Below are positions 1 to 9,834 of a stretch of 41,029 nucleotides of DNA, piece by piece. The notes beneath the pieces are model-generated. The model did not search any database. It was given only the letters and a program-made list of their open reading frames with translations, and was not told the DNA's origin. Source of the stretch: a virus. Taxonomy: Duplodnaviria > Caudoviricetes. Positions within the stretch are counted from its first letter, which is position 1. Each line of letters starts with the position of its first letter. A program made the position numbers and the translations under genes. The stretch is taken from the IMG/VR virus record IMGVR_UViG_3300033067_001690, positions 1 through 41,029 of that record; one strand, given 5' to 3'.

Positions 1-60
1 TCAGGTCTGGGCTCAGGTCGGGGATCAGGTCGGGGATCAGGTCAGGGATCAGGTCAGGGC
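1..60. repeat. Terminal overlap identical to 40970-41029 (circular assembly junction)
   Basis: Exact 60-nt identity of the first and last 60 bases. The reading frame of the 40584 gene continues into frame 2..775 after collapsing the overlap. The overlap lies inside a tandem repeat, so the true unit count is uncertain. Confidence 0.85.
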
Positions 61-106
61 TCAGGTCTGGGCTCAGGTCGGGGATCAGGTCTGGGATCAG
101 GTCCTC
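1..106 (+). repeat. 3' part of the 12-bp coding tandem repeat G(A/C)T CAG GTC (G/A/T)GG
   Basis: Units read directly; encodes [DA]QV[GRW]. The last unit is DQVL (95-106). Confidence 0.97.
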
Positions 107-775
107 CGGGAGGCCGCAGGCCTCGTCCCCCGGGCCTACACCGTGGGCCAGTTCGACGCCGGATGGCTCAGCTTCTACGACTTCTTCCGCGACGTTGCCG
201 GCCTCCAGCAGGAGACGGAGGCGCTGGCGGGCCTGTTCGCCATGGCCGACTACGGCTGGTGGTTTCCCTTTCGAGGCCTCTGCATCGTCACCGAGCGCCC
301 CAGCTTCCTCCGCCGAGACGAGCGTGGCCGCCTCCACTGCGAGGACAAGGCGGCCATTCTCTACCCGGACGGCTGGGGGCTCTTCGCCTGGCACGGCGTG
401 CGCGTCCCCGAGCGGGTCATCACCGAGCCTGACTCCATCACCATCGGAGAGATCCTCGCGGAGCCGAACGCCGAGATCGCGCGCGTCATGCTCGAACGCA
501 TCGGCCCCGAGCGATTCATGGAGGGCTTTCGGGCAGCTCCCGGCGCAAAGGTCCTGAACGAGGACGTAGACGGAGCCGGCCAGCCGCGAAAGCTGTTGCG
601 CTTCGACCTGCCGCGCGGCCAGCAGGACCGCTTTTACACCGCCGTTCACGTCACGTGCCCGAGCACAGGGCACAACTACCTGCTCCGCGTCCCGCCCGAC
701 ACGCTCACGTGCGCCGAGGGGGTGGCCTGGACGTTTGGGGTACCCACCGGCACCGCGTTCGCGGTGGAGCAGTAA
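2..775 (+). CDS. C-terminal part of a DUF6745-like protein (starts at 40584, spans the junction, about 386 aa total)
   Basis: Motifs GQFDAGWLSFYDFF, GWWFPF..LCIVTERP..L.RDERGRLHCEDKAAILYPDGWGLFAWHGVRVP, I..EPNAEI.RVMLERIG and V.CPSTG.NY.LRVPP....C..GVAWTFG are typical of this family. Confidence 0.8.
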   Translation, partial: QVWAQVGDQVGDQVRDQVRAQVWAQVGDQVWDQVLREAAGLVPRAYTVGQFDAGWLSFYDFFRDVAGLQQETEALAGLFAMADYGWWFPFRGLCIVTERPSFLRRDERGRLHCEDKAAILYPDGWGLFAWHGVRVPERVITEPDSITIGEILAEPNAEIARVMLERIGPERFMEGFRAAPGAKVLNEDVDGAGQPRKLLRFDLPRGQQDRFYTAVHVTCPSTGHNYLLRVPPDTLTCAEGVAWTFGVPTGTAFAVEQ

Positions 776-818
776 AGCCCCGCTCGCACGCGGACCAGCC
801 CGGAAGAGGAACAACCAC

Positions 819-1340
819 ATGTCAGCAGGAAAGACCGCGGAAGGCGGAACCAAGCTCCAGTTCGAGGCAACGATCTCGGGCGTAAAGCCGGTCATTGCCA
901 AGCCCGACCAGTACGGCGGGGGCCCGAAAGGCGAGCTCCAACTGACGCTGCGGCTCATGCAGCCGGAGACCCCGCGGCCGCCGCAAAAGCCATATCCCTA
1001 CTCGCAAGGCACGCGGCCGAAGAAGGAGGGCGACGAGCAAGCACGCTGGGATGCCGCCAAGCTCCGAGATGAGCAGGCCACCGCCGAGTACGAGGCAGCG
1101 ATGGAGCGCCACGCCGAGCGGATGGCCGCTCACGCGCCCCGCCTGATGCAGTACGCGTCGATGGTCGGGATCGCCACTGTATTTGGCTCGACGCCCGTTC
1201 AGGTTGTCATCACCCCGCTCAACCAGGACCTCATGCCGGGCTTCACCGCAGTTCTCCTCCCGGAGCCCGCTGAGCGCGCGGCCCCACCGGCCGCCCTTGC
1301 TGGCGGGAGCTACGAAGCCGATGAGGAGGATGACGAATAG
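819..1340 (+). CDS. Hypothetical protein (173 aa)
   Basis: ATG at 819 after GAAGAGGA; stop overlaps the next start. Confidence 0.75.
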   Translation: MSAGKTAEGGTKLQFEATISGVKPVIAKPDQYGGGPKGELQLTLRLMQPETPRPPQKPYPYSQGTRPKKEGDEQARWDAAKLRDEQATAEYEAAMERHAERMAAHAPRLMQYASMVGIATVFGSTPVQVVITPLNQDLMPGFTAVLLPEPAERAAPPAALAGGSYEADEEDDE

Positions 1341-2200
1341 TGGGCAGCAAACGCGCACCAGCCGCTACCGCAAGCGGAGAGGACCTGGTCCTGCCGGATG
1401 GCAGCAAGCTCAGCGCCGTCATCCGCGATCTGGTGGCCACCGGCGCCCGTCCCCATCGCTGGGACGAATTCATCGCCCACACGGGAGCATCGAAACAGCA
1501 GGTGACGGCCGCATTCGAGGTCATCGCGGAGGAGGACGGCGTCACGCTGACCGCCACTCTCGCCCGAATGCTTTTGGTCCCCGACTTCGACGATAGCCCC
1601 GATGAGTCCTCGCCGCTCACCAACGCCCTCGCAGCCGCCCTGGACGATGACGCAGTACTGCACCCACCGCACGCGACCGTGATCCCGCTGGGGCACGCGT
1701 TCGTGCCCGGGAAGGGCCACGCGGTGGATTGGGAATTGTCACCGGATGATGAGTGCGGCGACTGCGGATTCCTGTACAGCGACCATAACCCGCTGTTTGG
1801 CCAGGACCCGCCAGCGCCGGGCGAAGTGATGGCCACCGGCTACGAGAACGGTGAGGCGGTAGACCGGCCCGCTACCAAGCCGAGAGGGACGGCCGCAGAG
1901 GATGCCGCCTGGCGCTCACTCCCGAACATGCCCGACATGACCGCCTGGGGGACGGACGGCGGGCTCCGCGTGACACACGGCGAAGCGAAGCTCCACGGCA
2001 CCATCCGTCTGCCCGACAAGCTGGCGGAGATCACCTACGGGGAGGAGTTCGTCGGGATGGTCCGGTTCAAGGTGGCCTACCCGCAGTACCGCCAGAACGC
2101 GCACCAGGAGGGGAAGGTCGCGACCTTGCACAAGGTCATCACGGTCGACCTGCTCACGCTGGAGTCCGTGTCCGGCCCCTACCCGCCGAGCCAAGCGTGA
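1340..2200 (+). CDS. Hypothetical protein, possible N-terminal HTH and central CxxC/His site
   Basis: Coupled ORF of 286 aa; WDEFIAHTGASKQQVTAAFEVI is HTH-like; contains ECGDCG..YSDH. Confidence 0.7.
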   Translation: MGSKRAPAATASGEDLVLPDGSKLSAVIRDLVATGARPHRWDEFIAHTGASKQQVTAAFEVIAEEDGVTLTATLARMLLVPDFDDSPDESSPLTNALAAALDDDAVLHPPHATVIPLGHAFVPGKGHAVDWELSPDDECGDCGFLYSDHNPLFGQDPPAPGEVMATGYENGEAVDRPATKPRGTAAEDAAWRSLPNMPDMTAWGTDGGLRVTHGEAKLHGTIRLPDKLAEITYGEEFVGMVRFKVAYPQYRQNAHQEGKVATLHKVITVDLLTLESVSGPYPPSQA

Positions 2201-2673
2201 CCATCGAGCCGGAGCGCGTGACCTTCCTCGTGCCCGGAGAGCCCATCCCCCAGGGCTCTTCCCGCGCGATCACCAATCCGCGCACCGGTCTCACCACCAT
2301 CATCAGCGACAACCCGCGCCTCCGTTCATGGCGGCGTGAGGTGCGGCGAGTCGCCCGCTTCTACCTCACCGAGTCGCGCGGCTATCCGCTCTCAGGCCCG
2401 GTCGAGCTGCACCTGTTGTTCCGCATGCCCGCACCCAAGGCGCTCAGTCGCGCCAGGCGGCACACCACCGAGCCGGCCAAGCTGCCGGACGTCGACAAGC
2501 TCGTACGCGCCATCTTCGACGCGCTATCGAAGGACAAGAGCACGCCCGGGCTTGGCTATCGCGACGATGGCCAGGTGACGCGGGTCAGGGCCGAGAAGAT
2601 CTACGCAGTGGAGGACAGCGAGATGGGAGTCATCATCACCATTGGGCCCAGCCGTCGGAGCCCCCTGCTGTGA
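2197..2673 (+). CDS. rusA: RusA-family Holliday junction resolvase
   Basis: VPGEPIPQGS N-terminus; PDVDKLVRAIFDAL and YRDDGQV...KIY catalytic motifs. Confidence 0.9.
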   Translation: MTIEPERVTFLVPGEPIPQGSSRAITNPRTGLTTIISDNPRLRSWRREVRRVARFYLTESRGYPLSGPVELHLLFRMPAPKALSRARRHTTEPAKLPDVDKLVRAIFDALSKDKSTPGLGYRDDGQVTRVRAEKIYAVEDSEMGVIITIGPSRRSPLL

Positions 2674-3422
2674 GGGTGGTCGAAGCTCCGCGACGCCGCG
2701 CTCCCTGGACGCCGGAGGACGTCGCGGTCATGGAGGCGATGTTCGAGGAGGGCGCTACGGAAACTGCCGTCGCGAAGAAGCTGGGGCGAAGCGTCGATGC
2801 CGTTCGCGTCCGCCGCAAGCGCGAAGGCGTCCCGTCCCGCACCGCGACAACCCTCAACGCGCGCAAGGTCGCCCAGATGCTGGGCCTTTCGTGCGCGAAG
2901 CAGGTAGTGCGGTTCCGTGATCTGGGTTACCTGCGCGGCCGCCAGGTGGGCAGGCGTGGGAACAACAAGCAATGGCTCTTTCAGGAAGACGGCGTCCTTG
3001 CCTTCATGCAGGACCCCCGAGGCTGGCCCGGATGGAAGCCCGAGCGAATCCCCGACCCGGTTCTCCGCGAATGGGCACTCGAACTGCGGAAAGGAGAAGA
3101 GCGGACGCTTTCACAGGCGGAGGTCGCCGAACTCTTCCACGTCGACCGTGATTCGGTTGCAGCGTGGCTTTACCGCGGGCATCTCCCCTTCGTTCAGTTC
3201 GGCCGTTCCAACCGCCGCGTGCCAGCCTCCGCACTGCGCGGGTTCGTCCCGCCCTGCGATCGCCCGAAAGGTGGATACGCGATCAAGCGATATAGCGTGG
3301 AAGAAGATGCGCGACTCCTTGAGTTGAGAGCTGCCGGCCTGTCCTGGTCGCGTGTCTCCGCGGAGATGGACCGGAGCCTTGGGAGCGTTCACCAGCGCGC
3401 GGCAAGGATCGGCGCACGATGA
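2670..3422 (+). CDS. Multi-HTH DNA-binding protein (two Myb/GcrA-like repeats flanking two MerR/excisionase-like HTHs)
   Basis: WTPEDVAVMEAMFEEGATETAVAKKLGRS and YSVEEDARLLELRAAGLSWSRVSAEMDRS repeats; LNARKVAQMLG and LSQAEVAELFHVDRDSVAAWLYRGHLP HTHs. Confidence 0.75.
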   Translation: MRVVEAPRRRAPWTPEDVAVMEAMFEEGATETAVAKKLGRSVDAVRVRRKREGVPSRTATTLNARKVAQMLGLSCAKQVVRFRDLGYLRGRQVGRRGNNKQWLFQEDGVLAFMQDPRGWPGWKPERIPDPVLREWALELRKGEERTLSQAEVAELFHVDRDSVAAWLYRGHLPFVQFGRSNRRVPASALRGFVPPCDRPKGGYAIKRYSVEEDARLLELRAAGLSWSRVSAEMDRSLGSVHQRAARIGAR

Positions 3423-3709
3423 TTCGTGGCGAGCGTCGCGACTGCGTTTGCTGCGGCGGGAAGGGCGCCGCCATCTGGCCATGGTCCGCCGACCGCCACA
3501 CCGCGCCTCGCTGCGATGCCTGCCGGAACCGCTGCGTAGTCCGCGCCAAGTTGTACGTCTGCCACGTGAATCCGGTCGCCATCTGCGGAGCGCTCCTGCC
3601 GCGAGACAGCGCCCACGCCTGTGCGAAGCCGGACCGGCACGAGGGCGCGCACCGGTCGGCAGGCGGGATTCTCTGGTGCGCCTCCTCCCCATCAGAGTCG
3701 TTGGCGTAA
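3419..3709 (+). CDS. Cys/His-rich hypothetical protein
   Basis: CVCC, CDAC and C..L.....C..PDRHEGAH motifs; ATGA coupling to the upstream gene. Confidence 0.65.
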   Translation: MIRGERRDCVCCGGKGAAIWPWSADRHTAPRCDACRNRCVVRAKLYVCHVNPVAICGALLPRDSAHACAKPDRHEGAHRSAGGILWCASSPSESLA

Positions 3710-3727
3710 CTTTGACGTATAGCTGAT

Positions 3728-4228
3728 TTGAGTGGGCCGACCCCACCCTCAACAGGATGGCAACCGAAGCCCGCCCAACAGGCGGTCGCAGACTACCTCG
3801 CCTCGGGCTACTCCGCGTACCGCACTTCCCAGGTCGCACGCGATCCGGACACGGGCCGGCTCATTCCGCTCCGCACCATCCAGCGTTGGCAGGCCGAATC
3901 GCCGGACTTCCGGGAGTACGTCCATGCCCTCCGCGCGCAGGTTCGCGATGCCCAGGTGCCGATGTTCCAAACGAGCATCGCCCTCAGTCAGATAGCCCTC
4001 ATTCAGGGGCTGACCGGTGAGCGCCCTGCCGACGACCCGGTTGTTCTCCTCGCTGAGCGAGTACTCGGGCGGACCCTCCATAAGCTCGTCGCGGCTGACG
4101 ATAAATTTGCGGCCGCAGCTATTGATGCGCTCCGCAACGGCGCTCCCCGACTCGTCGGCGGAACCGGACCCGGAGCCGAGCAACCTGCTCACCCTCAAGC
4201 CCCGGAGGACGTTCCTCCAGCTTCTTGA
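3728..4228 (+). CDS. Probable terminase small subunit
   Basis: N-terminal HTH (QQAVADYLASG...IPLRTIQRWQAESPDF) directly upstream of and overlapping the large subunit. Confidence 0.65.
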   Translation: MSGPTPPSTGWQPKPAQQAVADYLASGYSAYRTSQVARDPDTGRLIPLRTIQRWQAESPDFREYVHALRAQVRDAQVPMFQTSIALSQIALIQGLTGERPADDPVVLLAERVLGRTLHKLVAADDKFAAAAIDALRNGAPRLVGGTGPGAEQPAHPQAPEDVPPAS

Positions 4229-5579
4229 CCACGTCCAGGTTGAAGGCGACGGCGACGAGGGCGGTATTGTCCCCTTCGAACTGTGGGACCACCTCTACGA
4301 GGCAGCCAAGCGCTGGTCCAGCCACACTCGCGACAACCCGGCCAGCGAAATCCTGCTCAAGGCTCGCCAGGTCGGGATCAGCACTCTCGCCCAGGCCTAC
4401 GCGCTGTTCGTCGCGATGGAGCGCCACGCCAACGTCCTCGTCATCAGCAAAACGCTCGAGGACTCCAAGGACTTCGGGCGCAAGCTCCTGGTCATCTACG
4501 ACAACCTGCCGAGCGAATGGCGCGAGGTCACCACGACCCGCAACACCGAACAGGTGGCCTTCGCCGGCGGCGGCCGCATCCAGTTCAAGGCGCCGTCGCA
4601 GGATGCCGGCCGCGGGACGGCCAACGCTCTCGTCATCATCGATGAGGCCGCGTTCCAGCCGTGGGCAGGGACGAACTACCGCGCCTACCGGCCGACGATC
4701 GCCGCCGGCGGGCAGCTCCTGGTCATCAGCACCGCCAACGGCGTCTCCAACTGGTTCGCTCGGACCTACTGGAAAGCGAAGAAGCGCGCCATGCCCTACC
4801 TGGCCGTCTTCCTCCCCTGGAACGTGCGCCCCGGCCGGGACGCCAAGTGGCTGGCGAACGAAAAGGCGGCATTCGAGGGCGATCCGGATGACTTCGGGCA
4901 GGAGTATCCCTCCACCGAGGCGGAGGCATTCGTCGCCAAGACCGGCATCGTGTTCCCGCAGTTCAACGAGCAGCTCCACATGCGCGAGGGTGACCCCGTT
5001 CGCTGGGAGGACTGCGAGTACCGCGTCATCTCAGCCGACTACGGCGGGGGCGACCCTACCGCGGTAGCAGCGTGGGGCGTCTACAAGGTCACCAACGGCG
5101 CCGAGCGCGGCCAGTACCGCGTCCACGGCTTCGGCCTGTTCTACCGGCCGAGCGGCGCGGTCACGGTCGACGAGATGGCCGGTTTCATCGCCCCGTGGCA
5201 CGAACGCGCGCCCATCTCAATCGGCCAGATGGAGCACGACGCCACGGTTAACGCGAGCCTCGCGACGCTGATTCGCGGCGTGCAGTTCGAGGCAGCCGAC
5301 AAGCGCCGCGGGACCGGGCTGGGCACCGTCGCGATGTTCCTCTCCAACAACTGGGTCACGTTCAACGCGGTGGCCTTCGCGCAAATTTCCCACGAGTTCG
5401 CCTCCTACCGCTGGCTGCATCGCCTCGACCCGAACGACAAGGACCGTTACGCGACCGGGACCCCGGTCGACCACCACGCCGACATCCTGGACTGCCTGAG
5501 GTACGCGCTCATGTACATCTACTACCGCCTGATGAAGGAGTCCGCGCCGCCGCGGAAAACGCGAGAGGTCCGCTACTGA
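4125..5579 (+). CDS. terL: Terminase large subunit (start uncertain, 4017-4125)
   Basis: Walker A LKARQVGIST, Walker B LVIIDEAAF, motif III IST, nuclease motifs SADYGGGDPTA and DHHADILDCLRYA. Confidence 0.93.
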   Translation: MRSATALPDSSAEPDPEPSNLLTLKPRRTFLQLLDHVQVEGDGDEGGIVPFELWDHLYEAAKRWSSHTRDNPASEILLKARQVGISTLAQAYALFVAMERHANVLVISKTLEDSKDFGRKLLVIYDNLPSEWREVTTTRNTEQVAFAGGGRIQFKAPSQDAGRGTANALVIIDEAAFQPWAGTNYRAYRPTIAAGGQLLVISTANGVSNWFARTYWKAKKRAMPYLAVFLPWNVRPGRDAKWLANEKAAFEGDPDDFGQEYPSTEAEAFVAKTGIVFPQFNEQLHMREGDPVRWEDCEYRVISADYGGGDPTAVAAWGVYKVTNGAERGQYRVHGFGLFYRPSGAVTVDEMAGFIAPWHERAPISIGQMEHDATVNASLATLIRGVQFEAADKRRGTGLGTVAMFLSNNWVTFNAVAFAQISHEFASYRWLHRLDPNDKDRYATGTPVDHHADILDCLRYALMYIYYRLMKESAPPRKTREVRY

Positions 5580-7654
5580 TGAGCATGGCCCCGAGCGCAC
5601 CCGCCTCTCCCTCGCCCATCGACCCGACGCTCGACGTGTCCGAAGCCGAACTGACCCCGGCCGAACGCAAGCGCCTCTCCGATCAGTTCCTGCGCCGCCG
5701 GAAGCAGCGCATCGCACCCCCGACGCTCGAGTACATCACCATGTGCGCCGACCAGGGCCGCACGCTCCTGGCCGAGTCGCACAAGGACCTGCAGAAGCTG
5801 CGCGCGACCAGGAACCGCGAGACCAAGACGCCAGAAAAGCTGCTCATGACCTACGAGCACACCGAGCGCATCTTCACCGGCCTGACCAACACCGAGATCA
5901 ACAAGGTCAACGCGACCCTCACCCGGAACATGCCCGAGGTCTGGATCGCCTCGGACAAGGGAGACGACCAGCAGAAGTTCTTTGAGACGCTCATTCAGGA
6001 GCTGGAGACGCGGAGCATCTACGGCCTCATCGGGCCGATCTTCGACAGCCTCCTCGAATGCGGGCTGGCCTTCTGGGAGACGTACAAGCGCGAAGAGATC
6101 GAGGACCTCGACCTCGAACAGTACCCGGAGGAGACGCCGGCGGAATACCGCAAGCGCGTGCAGCCGCTCTTCCGCGCAGCCGGCCGCATCGTCAACGTGC
6201 GGGCGCTCGACCCGCTGTCCGTGGTGTTCGCCATCCGTGACGAAGAGCTGCTCTGGGTGGCCATCTGCGAGGACAAGCCGCGGCCGGTCGTCGAGCAGGA
6301 GTACACCGACATGAAGCTGCGCGAGCACTACGCCGCGCGCGACAGCAAGGCGCGATCGGAGGGCATCGATCCGGACACGCTGCCGGAGGAGGGCGACCCC
6401 GGCGTGCCCTCGTTCAACGGGAAGGGGATGGCGTCGGCGACCGGCACAGTCCCGACGATCCGATTCTTCAATAGGCGCTGGTACGCCTACATCGCGGACG
6501 GCGTGTTTGTGGAGGAGCCCACCGAGCACGGCTTCCCGCGTATTCCGATCTCGATGGCGACCGGGATCGTCACCTCGCACTCGCGCCTGGCCAACAAGTT
6601 CCAGGGCATCGTTCCCGGCATCGCCGCCCTCAACGACGCGATTGACACGCAGGTGACGGCCGACAACGACGCCAGCCTGACCTATGGCCGCGCCAAGTTC
6701 ATGGAAGAGCGCAGCTTCCCCCCGCCCGGCTCAGCCGACGCGATGGAGGAGGACGACGGGCCCCCGGTGGACCTGCGCAACCCGCTCGAAGTCATCCGCC
6801 CGGGCCGCGGGTCGAAGTTCGTGAACATCTACGCCGGCCTGGACCTGAACCGCAACGCGCAGATGGAACAGCGCCTCCGCGGCTACTGGACGCACGCCAC
6901 ACTCAACGAGGTGGCGAGCGGGGAGAGCCCCGGCGCGAGCCCTGCCGGCTACACCGTGAACGCGCTCCAAACGGCGAGCCTTGGCCCCTACGGCCCGTTC
7001 CTCCGTGGCTTCTGCCGGGGGATGACGGACTGGGCGGAGATGATGCGCGAGTACTACTCCTCCCTCGGCGTGCCCATCTCCATCCCCGCGCAAGAGAGCA
7101 CCAAGGCCAGCGAGCGCTGGATCGTGGTGAAGCCCGAGCAGTGGGACGACACGCCGATCCGGGTGACCATGACGCCGCTCTCGGACCAGCAGAAAACCGC
7201 CGTAGCGGCCGAGCTGGCCCAGCTCACGCACGACGGGATCATCTCCCGGTACACGGCCGCGCGCGTCAACCCGATGGTCGCTGACCCCGAAGAAGAGCAG
7301 CTGCGCATGGACCTGGAGACGGTTCACCCGGACCTCGCGCAGCGCGTCTATCAACAGACGCTGATCGAGGTGGGGTTAATGCAGGACCCGGCCGTGGCCG
7401 CCCAGCAGCAACAACAGCATGAACTGGCGATGGCCCAGGCGAAGGCGGCCGGTGTTGGCCCACCAGGCGGAGAGACGGGCAACGCCGGCGCGGACATGCC
7501 CCAGCCGAATCCTCCCAGCGTGGGCCCGGAGATGGCGCAGGCCAGCCAGGGGCAGGGGCGGCAGCCGGTGCCTGAGTCGACGCAGATGGCGGGGAACGGC
7601 GCCGGCGGCGGCGGTGGTCCGCACGCGTTGGCCGGAGGGGAGAGCAGGCCGTGA
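5579..7654 (+). CDS. Portal protein
   Basis: 691 aa immediately after terL; acidic, with VRALDPLSV and EHGFPRIPI motifs and a Q/P/G-rich disordered C-terminus typical of portals. Confidence 0.8.
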   Translation: MSMAPSAPASPSPIDPTLDVSEAELTPAERKRLSDQFLRRRKQRIAPPTLEYITMCADQGRTLLAESHKDLQKLRATRNRETKTPEKLLMTYEHTERIFTGLTNTEINKVNATLTRNMPEVWIASDKGDDQQKFFETLIQELETRSIYGLIGPIFDSLLECGLAFWETYKREEIEDLDLEQYPEETPAEYRKRVQPLFRAAGRIVNVRALDPLSVVFAIRDEELLWVAICEDKPRPVVEQEYTDMKLREHYAARDSKARSEGIDPDTLPEEGDPGVPSFNGKGMASATGTVPTIRFFNRRWYAYIADGVFVEEPTEHGFPRIPISMATGIVTSHSRLANKFQGIVPGIAALNDAIDTQVTADNDASLTYGRAKFMEERSFPPPGSADAMEEDDGPPVDLRNPLEVIRPGRGSKFVNIYAGLDLNRNAQMEQRLRGYWTHATLNEVASGESPGASPAGYTVNALQTASLGPYGPFLRGFCRGMTDWAEMMREYYSSLGVPISIPAQESTKASERWIVVKPEQWDDTPIRVTMTPLSDQQKTAVAAELAQLTHDGIISRYTAARVNPMVADPEEEQLRMDLETVHPDLAQRVYQQTLIEVGLMQDPAVAAQQQQQHELAMAQAKAAGVGPPGGETGNAGADMPQPNPPSVGPEMAQASQGQGRQPVPESTQMAGNGAGGGGGPHALAGGESRP

Positions 7655-7968
7655 AAGGTGAAGTCGCCCGAGCCGTCCCGAACGATGCCAAGTACTTCGC
7701 CCGCTACGCCGAGGCAGTGAAGCGCGAGGCGGACACGCTGCGAAGCGTCTTCCGTGCCTCCATCCTTGCCGCCCGCATCCCGCCTGGAGCCGTGCCGAAG
7801 ACGGAGCAACAGCAGTTCTCGGAGCTGTCGCAGCTGCGGCAGACACAGGACCCATCGTTCACACCGGAGCTGGAAGCGCTCTGGCAGAAGCTGGCGCGGA
7901 AGTTCGCGCCCCAGGTCGTCAACGCACCGGTAGCAAGCCCATTCGGGCAGACGGGGGTGTTCCATTGA
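7651..7968 (+). CDS. Hypothetical protein
   Basis: GTGA-coupled 105-aa ORF with GGAGGGAGAG upstream. Confidence 0.7.
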   Translation: MKGEVARAVPNDAKYFARYAEAVKREADTLRSVFRASILAARIPPGAVPKTEQQQFSELSQLRQTQDPSFTPELEALWQKLARKFAPQVVNAPVASPFGQTGVFH

Positions 7969-8114
7969 TTTCGCGTAAGACGCGCATCCGAAGCATTGCC
8001 ACGCTGAACCCGCGGTTCGCGCGAGAGAAGTTCGTCACCGTTCGCCCGACGTATCGCGTTGTGGACCGAACGCCGAAACAGCCCGCAGAGGAACAGAAGG
8101 AGAGCGAGGAATGA
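7965..8114 (+). CDS. Small basic hypothetical protein (49 aa, MISRKTRIRSIATLNPRF...)
   Basis: TTGA overlap with the upstream stop and ATGA overlap with the downstream start; fills the gap exactly. Confidence 0.55.
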   Translation: MISRKTRIRSIATLNPRFAREKFVTVRPTYRVVDRTPKQPAEEQKESEE

Positions 8115-8359
8115 CCCACTCAGGGAACCCCGGCCAGTTCACACCGGTTGTCTGCGGCGTGTGCGGCAGCGTGCGGAACCTCGCCCACTCCGTTGAGAAG
8201 GTTGGCCGGCTCACGCTGGCGGGGACGGCTGCCGTACCGCGGCCCTGCCCCGTCTGCGAGAACACGGCGAAGCTCGACGCGATTCTGCGGCAGATCACGG
8301 TCGCCCAGGCTGAGATGGCCGCCATGGAGGCGCAGGTGCCGCAGGAGGCTACTGGATGA
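8111..8359 (+). CDS. Com-like zinc-ribbon protein with C-terminal helix (paralog of 17482-17664)
   Basis: CGVC...KVGRLTLAGTA...CPVC. Confidence 0.65.
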   Translation: MTHSGNPGQFTPVVCGVCGSVRNLAHSVEKVGRLTLAGTAAVPRPCPVCENTAKLDAILRQITVAQAEMAAMEAQVPQEATG

Positions 8360-9834
8360 GCAAGGTAACCAAGTCGTTCGCCGAGAAGGTAGCGGCGCAG
8401 ATTGGAGCACCAGCCGATCGCGTCTTCGAAATCCTCAGCCAGTGGGAACCATGGGAGAACGCGAATGCGGCCCACAACCCGCTTGCCACGACGCAGCGCG
8501 CACCCGGCTCCGGCCCACTCGGCGGCAACCCCAATCAGAACAACGGCAACCCCGTGCAGGAGTACCCATCCGAGGACATCGGCGCCAAGGCCACGGCCGA
8601 CACGCTGCTTCACGGCGGGGGCGGCTATCCGGCCATCCTCACCTGGCTGCGAACGGGGGAATTGGATAGCGCGGCAGTCGCCAAGGAGATCGGTTCGAAG
8701 TGGGGGACGACCGGCTTTGCGAATCAGGTTGCGAAGGGGGCGGTGAAAGTCGCGCCCTCGACGCAGGCTGCCGCCTCGCCCGCAGCAACGAGGAGTGATA
8801 TCGGGCTCCCACCAGAACCGCAGCTCAAGGATTACTTGGGGAAGCCCCACAAGCTCACGCCCCAAGAGCAGGCAGTCGTCGCAAAGCTGCCGCCCATCCT
8901 GCGGAACTCCCTCAACCGGCCGTTGTCCACCGAGGAGGCCCAGGCCGCGTGGCAGGCCGACCACGATGAGTGGCTGACCCGGGTTGCCGCAATCACCTCG
9001 ATCAACAAGAACAGCCGAGCGGACCAGCCGAACGACTACGGCCCCGTCCAGGCCGGCATCGCTCAGCAGGGAGCGGACACGGCCGCCCTCAACTCTCAAA
9101 TCAGCCTGCTCAACACCCAGGTCAACGCCGGCCAGATCGACGCGAACACGGCCCAGGCGAAGCTCACCGCATGGCTTTCAGAACGCACCCAAGCGCAGAA
9201 CGAAGCCAAGATGATCGCCGACGCCAAGGACCAGGTCATCAAGTACGGCGTGGCGCCCGGTCACGAGAAAGACACCGCGTCCCAGTGGGGCGATGCCTTC
9301 GTGACCTTCGCCAAGCTGCTCGGCGGCAACGAGAACAGCATCCCCCGCGACTTCACCGGGCAGACGATCGCCCTCGACCCGGAGGGCGACCTGCGCCGCA
9401 TGCGCCAGCAGAACGGCTCGGACGGCCCCGCGCCGGAAATGCCGTCCAGTACTGCGATGGCCGATCTCGTGAACGGAAGCGGGCTTCTGGGTGGGGCCGG
9501 TGCCATTCCGCCGCCTCCGGACCACGCATTCGGTGAACATCCCGGCGACTCTGAGTCGCCTGTCTCGAACGTGACAGGGCTCATCTCCTCGTACGCAGCC
9601 GCGAACCCCGGCACGAGCGGTGGCTTGCTGTCGTTCGGCGTTTCTCCCGGCTCTCCAGGCGCACTCACCGGCGGGCGAACCGATCTGCCGCTTATCACCC
9701 TCCCGTCTGGATACGGGGCAACGAGCGGGCTTGGAGATGCATCCACGCCCGCGAACGCAACTGGAAGCGGCGGTTTGCTCGCCACCATCCTCGAGCAGCA
9801 GCGCAGGCTGCGTCTTCGCCAGGGGGTGGCGTAA
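8356..9834 (+). CDS. Probable ejection/internal virion protein with N-terminal lysozyme-like domain
   Basis: HNPLATT...VQEYPS...G..AT..TL...Y..I...L..G...SKWGT resembles a virion muralytic domain; followed by helical and G/S/P-rich regions. Confidence 0.6.
   Translation: MSKVTKSFAEKVAAQIGAPADRVFEILSQWEPWENANAAHNPLATTQRAPGSGPLGGNPNQNNGNPVQEYPSEDIGAKATADTLLHGGGGYPAILTWLRTGELDSAAVAKEIGSKWGTTGFANQVAKGAVKVAPSTQAAASPAATRSDIGLPPEPQLKDYLGKPHKLTPQEQAVVAKLPPILRNSLNRPLSTEEAQAAWQADHDEWLTRVAAITSINKNSRADQPNDYGPVQAGIAQQGADTAALNSQISLLNTQVNAGQIDANTAQAKLTAWLSERTQAQNEAKMIADAKDQVIKYGVAPGHEKDTASQWGDAFVTFAKLLGGNENSIPRDFTGQTIALDPEGDLRRMRQQNGSDGPAPEMPSSTAMADLVNGSGLLGGAGAIPPPPDHAFGEHPGDSESPVSNVTGLISSYAAANPGTSGGLLSFGVSPGSPGALTGGRTDLPLITLPSGYGATSGLGDASTPANATGSGGLLATILEQQRRLRLRQGVA

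Noticed and set aside
3701-3730. Promoter for the terminase operon (TTGACG, TATAGC)
   Set aside because: The hexamers are adjacent rather than about 17 nt apart, so a promoter cannot be supported from sequence alone.
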